Shown one piece after another: positions 25,689 to 36,800 of a stretch of DNA of 64,000 bases. How positions within the stretch are numbered: the first letter of the stretch is position 1; every line of letters starts with the position of its first letter. The translations under genes were made by a program, and so were the position numbers. The notes under the pieces were generated by a model. That model was not told the origin of the DNA. It worked only from the letters and a program-made list of their open reading frames with translations, and did not search any database. Source of the DNA: Mustelus asterias (lineage: Eukaryota); NCBI RefSeq assembly GCF_964213995.1, contig NW_027590338.1, forward strand, positions 62,001 through 126,000. Direction: 5' to 3'.

Positions 25689-26705
25689 ATGACTGATCGG
25701 CCAGTTCAGTGCTTCCGATGTGGGATGTGGGAGTTTCTGCAAACACCGAGCTTCCCAGAGGTTCACATATGTGCCAGGTGCGTGGAACTGCAGCTCTTGA
25801 GGGACCGTGTTATGGAACTGGAGCTGCAGATCGCTGACCTTAGCCTAATCAGGGAAAATGGGAGAAAAATTGACAGCAGTTATAGGCAACTAGTTACACC
25901 GGGGCATCGGGAGAATGACACGTGGGTCACAGTTAGGAGGAGTAAAGGGCAGAAGGGTAAAGTACAAGGGAGGTCTCCAGAGGTGTCTCAAAATAGGAAG
26001 GGCTTGGTGTCAGGTGTGAGAGGGGAGGGGAGTGGACAGTTAGAAGAAGGGTCACCTGTGGTTGTCCCACTCCAAAACAGGTACATTGTTTTAGATAGTG
26101 TGGAGGAGTGTGCCTCTCCAGGGGTAAGACACAGTGACCAGGTCACTGGCACGCAGTCAGGCTCTGTGGCCCGGAAAGGGAAGAGAGGGGTTAGGAGAGC
26201 GATAGTGGTGGGGGATGCGTCAGTTAGAGGGACAGACAGGCGATTCTGTGGGGGCGAACGGGACTCCAGGATGGTAGTCTGCCTACCTGGTGCTGGGGTC
26301 ACGGATGTCTCCGAGCGGATAGGAGGCATTTTAAAAGGGGAAGATAAAGAAACGGATGTCATTATACACATTGGTGGAAATGACGTAGATAGGAAGAGTA
26401 GGGGGGTCCTAAGGGAGCAATTCAGGGAGTTGGGAAATAGGTTAAAAAGTAGGGTCACTAGGGTGGCCATCTCTGGGCTGCTCCCAATGCCTCGTGCCAG
26501 TGAGGATAAGAATAGGGAGTTGGTTCAAATGAATGCCTGGCTAAAGGACTGGTCCAGGAGGGAGGGCTTTATTTTCATAGACCAATGGGAGGTTTTCAGG
26601 AGAGGATGGCACCTGTACAAGAGGGAGGGGTCACAACTAAGTTGGAAGGGCACAAATATCCTGGCTGGGAGCTTTGCTAATGCAGTTCGGGGGGGTTTAA
26701 ACTAG
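25689..26705 (+). CDS. LINE ORF1: CxxC..CxxC zinc finger / coiled coil plus SGNH esterase-like domain
   Basis: CFRC..CARC, leucine heptads, and AIVVGDASVRGTDRRFC..VCLPGA..VIIHIGGND esterase-fold motifs typical of CR1/L2 ORF1. Confidence 0.9.
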   Translation: MTDRPVQCFRCGMWEFLQTPSFPEVHICARCVELQLLRDRVMELELQIADLSLIRENGRKIDSSYRQLVTPGHRENDTWVTVRRSKGQKGKVQGRSPEVSQNRKGLVSGVRGEGSGQLEEGSPVVVPLQNRYIVLDSVEECASPGVRHSDQVTGTQSGSVARKGKRGVRRAIVVGDASVRGTDRRFCGGERDSRMVVCLPGAGVTDVSERIGGILKGEDKETDVIIHIGGNDVDRKSRGVLREQFRELGNRLKSRVTRVAISGLLPMPRASEDKNRELVQMNAWLKDWSRREGFIFIDQWEVFRRGWHLYKREGSQLSWKGTNILAGSFANAVRGGLN

Positions 26706-29626
26706 TGTGGCAGGGGGGTGGGGATCAAACTATTAGGTCTATAAGTGTGGTGGCTGGGGACGAGCTTGGGGCTGGGACAAGGCTGGCAAAGAAGAAGAGC
26801 ACTCTGGGGGAGGACGACCTCACTGAGCCTGGGGGTCTGGAGTGCTTATACTTCAATGCAAGGAGCGTAGCAGGTAAAACAGACGAACTTGGGGCCTTAA
26901 TGCGCACGAGGAATTTGGATGTGGTTGCGGTGACGGAGACTTGGTTGAAAGAGGGACAGGACTGGCAGCTGAATATTCCAGGGTACAAGTGTTTTAGGCG
27001 AGACAGAGGAGGGGCCAAAAGAGGTGGGGGAGTAGCGGTATTGGTTGGAGAGCATATTACAGCGGTGCAGAGGGAGGACAATTCGGAGGAGTCGTGTAGC
27101 GAGTCACTCTGGGTGGAGCTTAGAAACAGGAAAGGCGCAGTCACTATGTTGGGGGTGTACTACAGGCCCCCCAACAGCCCAAGGGAAGTGGAAGAATGGA
27201 TATGTCAGGAGATACTGGATAGGTGCAGGAAATATAGGGTTGTTGTAGTGGGAGACTTCAATTTCCCTGGTATAGACTGGAAGTCGCTGAGGGCAGGGAC
27301 TCTGGATGGTGAGGCATTTGTAAAATGTGTACAGGAGGGTTCGTTGGAACAATATGTGGACAGCCCAACTAGAGAGGGGGCTATACTGGACCTGGTGCTG
27401 GGGAATGAACCCGGTCAGGTCTTCAAAGTTTTGGTCGGGGAACATGTGGCAAATAGTGACCACAATTCTGTTAGCTTTAGGATAGTGATGGAAAAGGATG
27501 AGTGGTGTCCCAAGGGTAAGGTGTTGGATTGGGGGAAGGCTAACTTTATTGGGATCAGGCAGAAATTGGCAGCTCTTGATTGGGAGAGGCTGTTTGAGGG
27601 TAAATCCACATCTGGTATGTGGCAGTCTTTTAAGGAACGGTTGTTAGGGCTACAGGACAAGCATGTGCCTGTAAAAAAGGATAGGAAGGGTAGGATTAGA
27701 GAACAGTGGATAACCAGGGAAATTGAGGGACTGGTCAAAAGGAAAAGAGAGGCGTATGTTAGGTCCAAGCAGCTAAAAACGGAGGGAGCTCTGGAGGAGT
27801 ATAATGAAAGTAGGAAAATACTCAAACGGGGAATTAGAAGAGCAAAAAGGGGTCACGAAATGTTCTTGGCAGACAGGATTAAGGAGAATCCCAAGGCATT
27901 TTATTCATACGTTAGGAACAAAAGGGTTGTAAGGGAAAAAATCGGACCTCTCAGGGACAAAAGTGGGGACTTATGCTTGGAGCCCAAAGAGGTAGGGGAG
28001 ATCCTAAATGAATACTTTGCGTCGGTATTCACTAAGGAGAGGGATGTGTTGACTGGGAGTGTCTCGGAGGGGAGTGTTGAACCGTTGGAGAAAATCTCCA
28101 TTACAAAGGAGGAAGTGTTAGGTTTGTTAGAGAATATAAAGACTGACAAATCCCCAGGGCCTGATGGAATCTATCCAAGGCTGCTCAGGGAGACGAGAGG
28201 TGAAATAGTTGGGCCTCTGACGCAAATCTTTGTCTCGTCACTGGACACAGGTGAGGTCCCAGAGGATTGGAGGATAGCCAATGTGGTCCCGTTATTTAAG
28301 AAGGGTAAGAAGGATAACCCGGGTAATTATAGGCCGGTGAGCTTGACGTCCGTGGTGGGGAAGTTGTTGGAGAAGATTCTTAAAGATAGGATGTATGCGC
28401 ATTTAGAAAGGAATAAACTCATTAACGATAGTCAACATGGTTTTGTGAGAGGGAGGTCATGCCTCACGAACCTGGTGGTGTTTTTTGAAGAAGTGACCAA
28501 AATGGTTGACGAAGGAAGGGCCGTGGATGTTGTCTATATGGACTTTAGTAAAGCGTTTGACAAAGTCCCTCATGGTAGGCTAGTGAAAAAGGTTGGATCC
28601 CATGGGATAAAGGGGGAGGTGGCTAGATGGGTGGAGAACTGGCTTGGTCATAGAAGACAGAGGGTGGTAGTGGAAGGGTCTTTTTCCGGCTGGAGGCCTG
28701 TGACTAGTGGTGTACCGCAGGGCTCTGTATTGGGACCTCTGCTGTTTGTGATTTATATAAATGATCTGGAAGAAGGAGTAACTGGGGTGATCAGTAAGTT
28801 TGCGGACGACACAAAACTGGCAGGACTTGCAGATAGTGAGGAACATTGTCAGAGGCTACAGAAGGATATAGATAGGCTGGAAATTTGGGCAAGGAAATGG
28901 CAGATGGAGTTCAATGCTGATAAATGCGAAGTGATGCATTTTGGTGGGAATAATGTAGGGAGGAGCTACACGATAAATGGAAGAACCATAAAGGGTGTAG
29001 AGATGCAGAGGGACCTGGGTGTGCAAGTCCACAGATCTTTGAAGGTGACGTCACAGGTGGAGAAGGTGGTGAAGAAGGCATATGGCATGCTTGCCTTTAT
29101 AGGACGGGGCATAGAGTATAAAAGTTGGGGTCTGATGTTGCAGATGTATAGAACGTTGGTTCGGCCGCATTTGGAATACTGCGTCCAGTTCTGGTCGCCA
29201 CACTACCAGAAGGACGTGGAGGCTTTGGAGAGAGTGCAGAGGAGGTTTACCAGGATGTTGCCTGGTATGGAGGGGCTTGGTTATGAGGAGAGATTGGGGA
29301 AACTGGGGTTGTTCTCCTTGGAAAGACGGAGGATGAGGGGAGACTTAATAGAGGTGTATAAAATTATGAAAGGCATAGATAGGGTGAACGGTGGGAAGCT
29401 TTTCCCCGGGTCGGTGGTGACGTTCACGAGGGGTCATAGGTTCAAGGTGAAGGGGGGGAGGTTTAACACAGATATCAGAAGGACATATTTCACACAGAGG
29501 GTCGTGGGGGCCTGGAATGTGTTGCCGGGCAAGGTGGTGGAGGCGGACACACTGGGAACGTTTAAGACTTATCTAGACAGCTATATGAACGGAGTGGGAA
29601 TGGAGGGATACAAAAGAGTGATCTAG
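26705..29626 (+). CDS. LINE ORF2: AP endonuclease plus reverse transcriptase (start uncertain)
   Basis: Endonuclease motifs YFNARS, VTETW, YYRPP, GDFN, LDL and SDH; RT motifs NYRPVSL, QHGF, DFSKAFD, GVPQGSVLGP and FADD. Uninterrupted 973 codons. Confidence 0.95.
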   Translation: MWQGGGDQTIRSISVVAGDELGAGTRLAKKKSTLGEDDLTEPGGLECLYFNARSVAGKTDELGALMRTRNLDVVAVTETWLKEGQDWQLNIPGYKCFRRDRGGAKRGGGVAVLVGEHITAVQREDNSEESCSESLWVELRNRKGAVTMLGVYYRPPNSPREVEEWICQEILDRCRKYRVVVVGDFNFPGIDWKSLRAGTLDGEAFVKCVQEGSLEQYVDSPTREGAILDLVLGNEPGQVFKVLVGEHVANSDHNSVSFRIVMEKDEWCPKGKVLDWGKANFIGIRQKLAALDWERLFEGKSTSGMWQSFKERLLGLQDKHVPVKKDRKGRIREQWITREIEGLVKRKREAYVRSKQLKTEGALEEYNESRKILKRGIRRAKRGHEMFLADRIKENPKAFYSYVRNKRVVREKIGPLRDKSGDLCLEPKEVGEILNEYFASVFTKERDVLTGSVSEGSVEPLEKISITKEEVLGLLENIKTDKSPGPDGIYPRLLRETRGEIVGPLTQIFVSSLDTGEVPEDWRIANVVPLFKKGKKDNPGNYRPVSLTSVVGKLLEKILKDRMYAHLERNKLINDSQHGFVRGRSCLTNLVVFFEEVTKMVDEGRAVDVVYMDFSKAFDKVPHGRLVKKVGSHGIKGEVARWVENWLGHRRQRVVVEGSFSGWRPVTSGVPQGSVLGPLLFVIYINDLEEGVTGVISKFADDTKLAGLADSEEHCQRLQKDIDRLEIWARKWQMEFNADKCEVMHFGGNNVGRSYTINGRTIKGVEMQRDLGVQVHRSLKVTSQVEKVVKKAYGMLAFIGRGIEYKSWGLMLQMYRTLVRPHLEYCVQFWSPHYQKDVEALERVQRRFTRMLPGMEGLGYEERLGKLGLFSLERRRMRGDLIEVYKIMKGIDRVNGGKLFPGSVVTFTRGHRFKVKGGRFNTDIRRTYFTQRVVGAWNVLPGKVVEADTLGTFKTYLDSYMNGVGMEGYKRVI

Positions 29627-30220
29627 TTTGGACCAGGGAGCGGCGCGGGCTAATTGTTCCTGTTTTCTCGTTTCAAGGCTTCATTCTACGATCATCTTGC
29701 TGGTGCCAGTACAGAGTGAGACTGCGGATAGTTGGGAACCTGTCTCGGGGGCAGGGGATTCATATGGTGTTCGTGGAAGTGGAAATGACTAGGGTTGGGA
29801 AGCATTTTCCGATCGGGGCCATTGTGATCTCCTGGACTCGTTTCGATCGCCTCAGGGGGTCGGAGAGGAATTTCCCAGATTTTTTTTTCCCCATATTGGC
29901 CCTGGGGTTTTTCACTCTGGGTTTTCGCCTCTCCCTGGAGATCACATGGTCTGGAATGGGGGGGTGGGGGTAAGTTAATAGGTTGTAATGAACAAAGCAT
30001 CGTAGCTGTGAGGGACAGCTCGGTGGATAGGATATTGGTATGTAGATAGGCTGGAAAATTGGGCGGGGATCCTGGATTCAGGATTCAATCCTGGACCAGG
30101 GAGCGGCGCGGGCTTGGAGGGCCGAAGGGCCTGTTCCTGTGCTGTATTGTTCTTTGTTCTTTGTTCTTTGTTCTTTGTATTTGAGAGCTGAATTGTAACA
30201 GCAGAATCCAACCCCTGGAA

Positions 30221-30895
30221 TCACTTGTGAACTCGCTGGTGTCTCAGCAGGCTGGATGAAACTCTGAATCCCTTCTCACACACAGAGCAGGTGAATGGCC
30301 TCTCCCCGGTGTGAACTCGCTGGTGTGTCCGCAGGGTGGATGAATCTCTGTATACCTTCCCACATTGAGTGCAGCAGAATGGTCTCTCCCCAGTGTGAAC
30401 TCGCTGGTGTGTCCGCAGGTTGCATAACTGAGTGAATCCCTTCCCACACTGAGAGCAGGTGAATGGCTTCTCTCCAGTGTGAACTCGCTGATGTGTTTGC
30501 AGGGCATATAAATCATTGAATCCCTTCCCACACTGAGAGCAGGTGAATGGTCTCACCCCGGTGTGAACTCGTTGATGTACCTGCAGGCTAGATAGCCGAG
30601 TGAACTCCTTCTCACATACAGAGCAGGTGAACGGCCTCTCCCCAGTGTGAACTCGCTGGTGTGACTGCAGGCTGGATAATTGAGTGTATCCCTTCCCACA
30701 TACAGTGCAGGTGAATGGCCTCTCCCCAGTGTGAACTCGCTGGTGTGTCTGCAGGGTGGATACAATACTGAATCCCATCCCACACCAAGGGCAAGTGAAT
30801 GGCCTCTCTCCAGTGTGAATGCGCCGATGAGCTTCAAGATATGATGGGAATCTGTATCTCCTCCCACAGTCCCCACATTTCCACGGTTTATCCAT
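30221..30895 (-). CDS. C2H2 zinc-finger protein (8 fingers)
   Basis: ATG at 30895 (CGCACCATGG), 8 fingers with HTGERPF linkers, acceptor TTACAG|GATATT near 31247. Confidence 0.92.
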   Translation of the reverse strand: MDKPWKCGDCGRRYRFPSYLEAHRRIHTGERPFTCPWCGMGFSIVSTLQTHQRVHTGERPFTCTVCGKGYTQLSSLQSHQRVHTGERPFTCSVCEKEFTRLSSLQVHQRVHTGVRPFTCSQCGKGFNDLYALQTHQRVHTGEKPFTCSQCGKGFTQLCNLRTHQRVHTGERPFCCTQCGKVYRDSSTLRTHQRVHTGERPFTCSVCEKGFRVSSSLLRHQRVHK

Positions 30896-31789
30896 GGTGC
30901 GGGTGTCCTTGTGACTCTCCAGGTTAAACAATCAGTTAAATCTCACACAGAACACGGGTACAGTCTCTCCCGCTGTGAATGCTGCGATGTATTTTCAGGC
31001 TGTGTAACTGGTTAAAGTTCTTTCCACACTCATTGCACTGGAACACTCTCACTCGGGTGTGTGTGTCTCAGTGCATTTCCAGTCACAGCGATGTTTAAAA
31101 TCTTCTGAAGCTGATTGACTGGGCAAACATTTCTCCTTCTAGATTCAGAGCCTGATGATATTCAGGTCCCAAGGAATCGAGTCACTCTGTCAGATCCAGA
31201 TCTGACATTTTAGATTTCTGTCTGTGATTTCTCCTCATCTAATATCCTGTAATTCAATTTAAGAAAAACATCACAATTCAGTACATGATCAAAATTCAAA
31301 TCAGTCAATTCTAGTTTCTATGGAACATTCTTTAAAGACACAGTCATGGAGCATTAAACTTGCCGAGCAGGGCCTCCCGTATCAGGACACAGGCAGCTGC
31401 TTTTTGAGACTGCCAGCAGTACAGACAAGTCAGAGATAAGGGTGTCCTCAGAAGAAGGAATCATTATGATGGCTCAGGGATGGCTGATGAGATGTAGGAA
31501 TTCTATGATTCTAATGAACATTCTTTCCTCTCTCCTTCCCCCAAAGCTGTGAATCTCCATCCCACACACTCTCCCTCCATTCTCACTCTGCTGTATCTAA
31601 TATTCACCCTCCCAATTCTCCTGAAGGTGCTGATTGAGGCTGATTGACAGATCCATGCTCACTGGTTCGTGTCTTGGACATAGAGAGCTCAGAGTCTCCA
31701 TGCAGGCTGCCAGACAGATATATGTCTCTATGACTGGACTAACAATGTGTGGAATGTACAGACTGGATTCACTTCCTTTCCCTTCAGTT

Positions 31790-33600
31790 GCCAGGATCCA
31801 ATGAACTGCACGCTAGGCTTTTAATGGAGGTTGCTGGAGAGATAATGGAGAATTTTGTTGAAATTTTTCTTAACTTGCTAGATTCCGGGAGAGTATCAGA
31901 AGATTGGAAATCAGCCAATGTGATTCCCTTGGTCAAAAAGGCAGAAGGCAGGGAACTATAGGCCAGTTAATTTAACATCTATTATTGGCAAGAAGCTGGA
32001 GTCAATAATCAAAGAGGAAATAGCTAATCATTTAGGAAAGCTGAATATAATCAAACTAAGGCAACATGGTTCTCGGAAAGATAAATCATGTTCAACAAAT
32101 TTGCTCGATTTCTTTGAGAATGCAAGAGGAAGAGTAGATCGAGTTCAATCTGTAGATGTAGTGTATTTAGAGAGGGTGGTACGGCGGCACAGTGGTTAGC
32201 ACTGTTGCTTCACAGCGCGAGGGATGCAGCTTCAATTTCGGCCTCGGGTGACAGTGTGTGGACTTTGCACATTCTCCCCGTGTCTGAGTAGGTTTCCTTC
32301 GGGTGCTCTTGTTTCCTCCTACATTCCAAAGATGTGCAGGTTAGGTGGATTGGCTATGCTAAATTGACCCTTTGTGTTCTAAAATGTGTAGATTCGGGGG
32401 ATTAGTGGGGTAAGAATTTGGGGTTATGGAGATAGGGCCTCGGAAAGATGCTCTGTTGGAAAGTTGGTGCAGGCTCGATGGGCCAAATGACCCCCTTCTG
32501 CAATCTAGGGGTTCTATGATTTCCAAAAGGCATTTGTCAAGGTGCCACATAAGAGGCTGGTGCATAAAGTAAAGGTCCATGGAATTGGTGCAAGTGCGTT
32601 AGCATGGATTGAAAACTGGCCGTCACATAGAAAACAGAGTTGGAATAAATGGGTCATTTTCAGAGTGGAAAGATGTCACTAGTGGAGTACCACAGGGATC
32701 AGTTCTTGGCACGCAATTGTTCATTATTCAATTAATGACCTGGAGGAAGGAACAGAATGTAAGGTTTCCAAATGATATGAAGATAGGTGGAAGGACATGT
32801 TGTGATGAGGATATTTTGATTCTGCAGTGGGATATAGATAGATTGTGATGAAAACCTGGCAAATGAAGTTTAATGTGGGGAAGTGGGAGGTCATGTATTT
32901 CAGTAGGAAGAATCAAAAGGGAGATTATCTACATGGAGCGGCACTGCAGGTGAGTGAAGTACAGAGGGATCTGGATGTTCTTGCACATGAATCACAAAAA
33001 GCTAGCAGGCAGGTCCCACAGTTGGTAAGAAGAAAAATGGAATTTTGACCTTTGTTGCAAAGGGGTTGGAGTTTAAAAACAGGGGGGGTTGTGTTGGTGA
33101 GGCCTCACCTGGAATACTGCGTAGTTTTGATCTTACTTAAACAAGGGTATCATAACATTGGATGTAGTCCAAAGGAGATTCACCAGGCAAATTCCTGGGT
33201 GAGAGGGTTGTCCTATTAAGAGAGAATAAATTGTCTAGGTCTGTATTCCTTGAAGCTTTGAAGACAAAGAGGTGACTTTATTGAAACATAAGATCCTGAG
33301 GGGGCTTGACAGGATAGATGGTGAGATATTTTTACAGGTGCGAAAGTCTCGAACAAGCTAAATGGTCGGTCATTTAAAACTGAGGTGCACAGAAATTTCT
33401 TCCCCCAGAGGGTGGTGAATGTCTGGAATTCTCTCCCCCACAGGTGGAGGCTGGATCACTCTAAGTATTTAAAGTGGAGGTGGATAAATAGTTGATAGAT
33501 CGAGGAATAGAGGGCTATGGGAAAAGGCACACAAAAGGAATTGAAGCCGGCATAGATCAGCCATGAAGGGCCTGGTGGCCAGTCCTGCGTCTATTTCTCG
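31790..33600 (+). mobile_element. Old degenerate CR1-type LINE fragment with an HE1 SINE at 32173-32522
   Basis: Inverted paralog of 17341-19045, with the SINE at the same position. Confidence 0.8.
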
Positions 33601-33682
33601 TGATCAGTTGCTGCAAGTCAACAGTTTCCCCCGAGCATGAAAAAAGGAATGGAAGGGGGGAGAAAAGAAAGTGTTTTACTCA

Positions 33683-33744
33683 CAGATGTTGGAGAGACAG
33701 GAGGAAGTTTGAGTCTGTCTGAAGCTCAATCTTCATTCAGAGAG
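33683..33744 (-). other. Putative 3' half of the non-coding exon 1 of the ZNF gene at 30895, with splice donor
   Basis: Minus strand reads ...CTCCAACATCT|GTGAGTAAAAC (GT at 33683). It joins across the TSD to 41218 onwards, directly below the promoter. Confidence 0.55.
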
Positions 33745-33874
33745 ACCTCTTTTTTTAGGTCAAACCAAGTAAACAAACTCAAATTAAATCAGGACAAAGT
33801 AAAAGGGGCAGCTCCCCAAAAAGGAGGGGGAACAGCCCGAACAGAAATCAAAATGCAAAGGAAACTTAAAAACA

Positions 33875-36800
33875 TCAAATTAAAATGTGATTATTAGGGT
33901 CAATAATGCACCCCAACCCCTGCGGTGCCCAGCGGGCGCGGAAAGCGTCAACCTCGCCCGTGGACGCCGCATGCTCCCTCTCCAGGGACACCTGGCCGCG
34001 AACGTAGCCGCGGTAGAGGGGAAGACAGTCAGGATGGACGGCCCCCTCGATCGCCCGCTGCCTGGACCGGTAAATGGCGCGTTTCGCCAGGCCCAGGAGC
34101 AGGTTCACGAGGAGGTCGCCATCCCGACCCTCCCCTCTCCGCACCGGGTGTCCGTAGATCAGGAGCGTGGGACTGAAGTGCAAACAAAACATCAATAAAA
34201 GGTTCTTCAGGAAAACATAAAGGGAGTGCAGCCTAAGACACTCAACATAGACATGGTCCACGGACTCCACAAGGCCACAGAAAGGGCAGTCTTCGGAGCC
34301 CGTGAACCAGTGAATCCTACGGTTGTGCGGAACTGCTGCATGCATCACCCTCCACCCCAGGTCCCCGACGTAATTGGGGGAGATCCCTCCGTAGAGGGAC
34401 CTCCAGCGGGGACCTCCGCCGCCCGGCGGCAACAAGGCCCGCCAAGGTGTATCCGGGCGACAGGCGAGGAGGCGGTAGTGGAAGGTGTGCAGCAGCAGCC
34501 CGCACAGGAAACGCCTCCGCGCGGTAGAAAAAGGCACGGAGGGCATTTCCGCGAGGCGGCTCAGGCTGTGGGGCACCTCACCCAGGGGAGGGGGCTGAGG
34601 CTTTGGGCCAATGTGGAATTCCGCCCGAACAGGGGAACGCTCGGGCGGGATCCCACCGCACGCCTGCGCCGTCTCAAGTTTGCGTGCAGTTTCGGGGCCG
34701 AGCACGACCGTCCTAAGGTCGAGGATGGCTTTGGCCGCGTGCCAGACGGACGTCCCCGCGCGCTCAGCCAGCACGCGGGGACTCATCCAGCCCGCTCCTC
34801 CGCCATCGAGCACGTCCCCGATTCTGGTCACCCCGGCGTCCACAGCCCCCCTCTCCGCCAGCCACCTGAAGTTATACGGCTGGAGGAGCGGATTCCTGAG
34901 CAGCGGCTCTCGCACGAGAGCCGCTACTCCTGACGGGGGAGAGCTGCGTCGCGAGGCGACCTTGTTCCAGACAGTGAGGAGGTCCTGGTAAAAGACGGGC
35001 AACTCCTGCAGGGTGGTCGAAGCACGCCCCAGTTCGATATGCAGGAGCTGCACGTCATAATTGAGGCCGTGCCACTGGCGGAAGAAATACGTCGCCATGG
35101 CACACCACTGTGGAGGGGGCTCAACGTAAAGGTACCTCTGCAGGGCCTGGAGGCGGAAGGTCGCTATCTGAGTGCGGAGGCACACCAGACCTTGTCCGCC
35201 CTCCTCAAGCGGGAGATACAGGACCGCAGCAGGGACCCAGTGCAGTCGATTGCCCCAGAAGAACCGCACGAGGGTTCTCTGGATATCGGTGACAAAGCCA
35301 GGGGGAGGGGTCAAAGGGACCAGCCGGTACCACAGCATGGAGGCGACCAGCTGGTTTATGACGCGAGCTTGCGCCCCGTAGGACAGCACTCGGAGCAGTC
35401 CTGTCCAGCGACTCAGGCGGGCGGAGACTTTGGCCTCCAGCTCCCGCCAGTTCGCCGGCCAGGATTCCTCGGCTGGGCAGAGATGGGCCCCCAAGTAGAG
35501 GAGGTCGGTCCTGCTCCAGGTGAAAGGCCTGAGCTCCTCCGGAAGGGGGTCCGTCTCCCAAGGACCAACAAGGAGTCCGGAGCACTTGGCCCAGTTGATC
35601 CTGGCGGAGGACGCGGCGGAGTACACCGCCTGGCATTCTCGCATCCTCCGCAGGTCAGCCGGGTCCGTGAACATGAGGAGCACGTCGTCGGCGTAAGCTG
35701 ACAGGACCACCCCTACGTCCGGTCCGCGCAGGACCAAACCTGACAACCTCCTCCGCAAGAGGCGCAGGAATGGCTCCACGCATACGGAATACAGTTGGCC
35801 GGACAAGGGGCAGCCCTGCCGTACTCCTCTCCCGAAGCGAAGGGGCGCCGTCAGGGACCCGTTAACCTTAATCAGACACTCTGCGGCAGAGTACAGTAAT
35901 CGGATCCGGGCGACAAAATGCGTCCCGAACCCGAATGCCCGCAGAGTCCCGAGTAAATACTCGTGCTCCACCCTGTCGAACGCCTTCTCCTGATCTAATG
36001 ACAAGAAGGCGCCCGACAGACCAGCCCTCTGGGTGTGATGGATTAGGTCCCGGACCAGGTGGAGATTGTCATGTATGCAACGGCCCGGGACCGTGTAGGA
36101 CTGGTCAGGGTGGATCAAGTGGTCCAGCACGGATCCAAGGCGTGAAGCCATAGCCCTGGCAAAGATTTTATAATCCGTGCTGAGGAGGGAGACCGGGCGC
36201 CAGTTCTTGAGCAGGTGGAGATCCCCCTTCTTGGGCAGCAGGGCAATGACGGCCCTGCGCCACGAAAGGGGCATCTCCCCGGTAGCGACGCTCTCCCCCA
36301 GGACCCCCGCGTAGTCGCTCCCCAGGACGTCCCAGAACGCCCTGAAGAACTCTACTGTCAGCCCGTCCAGTCCAGGGGCCTTGCCCCGGCTGAGGCCATT
36401 TAGGGCGCCGGTCAGCTCGGCCATGGTGGTAGGGGCCTCGAGCCTGCCGACGCCCTCCGGGCCGACCTGCGGCAGGTCCTCCCACAGAAGTCTGCGGGCA
36501 TCCTCGCTGGACGGATCCGGAGAGAAGAGCGAGGTGTAATACTCCCGGGCAATGGCCCGGATGCCCTCCGGATCCGAGACGGGGGAACCGTCGTCGGCCA
36601 GCAGCGTAAGGAGCTGCTGACGGTTAGCCCGCCCTCTTTCCAGCGAGTAGAAGAAGGGGGAGCCGCGGTCCAGGTCCACCTGGAACTGGAGCCGCGACCT
36701 CACGTACGCGCCGCGAGACCTGGCAAGCTGCAGGTCCCGCAGCGCGTCCTTCTTCTCCCTGTACTCCGAACGCAGGGCCGGGTCCGCGTCAGGCCGACTG

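Larger units (their letters stand above)
25083..30176 (+). mobile_element. Full-length CR1/HER1-type LINE inserted antisense in a ZNF 3' UTR
   Basis: 5' UTR, ORF1, ORF2 and a (TGTTCTT)n tail. 7-bp TSD GTATTTG at 25076-25082 and 30177-30183. The flanks rejoin into the ZNF 3' UTR seen intact at 63720-63800. Confidence 0.95.
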
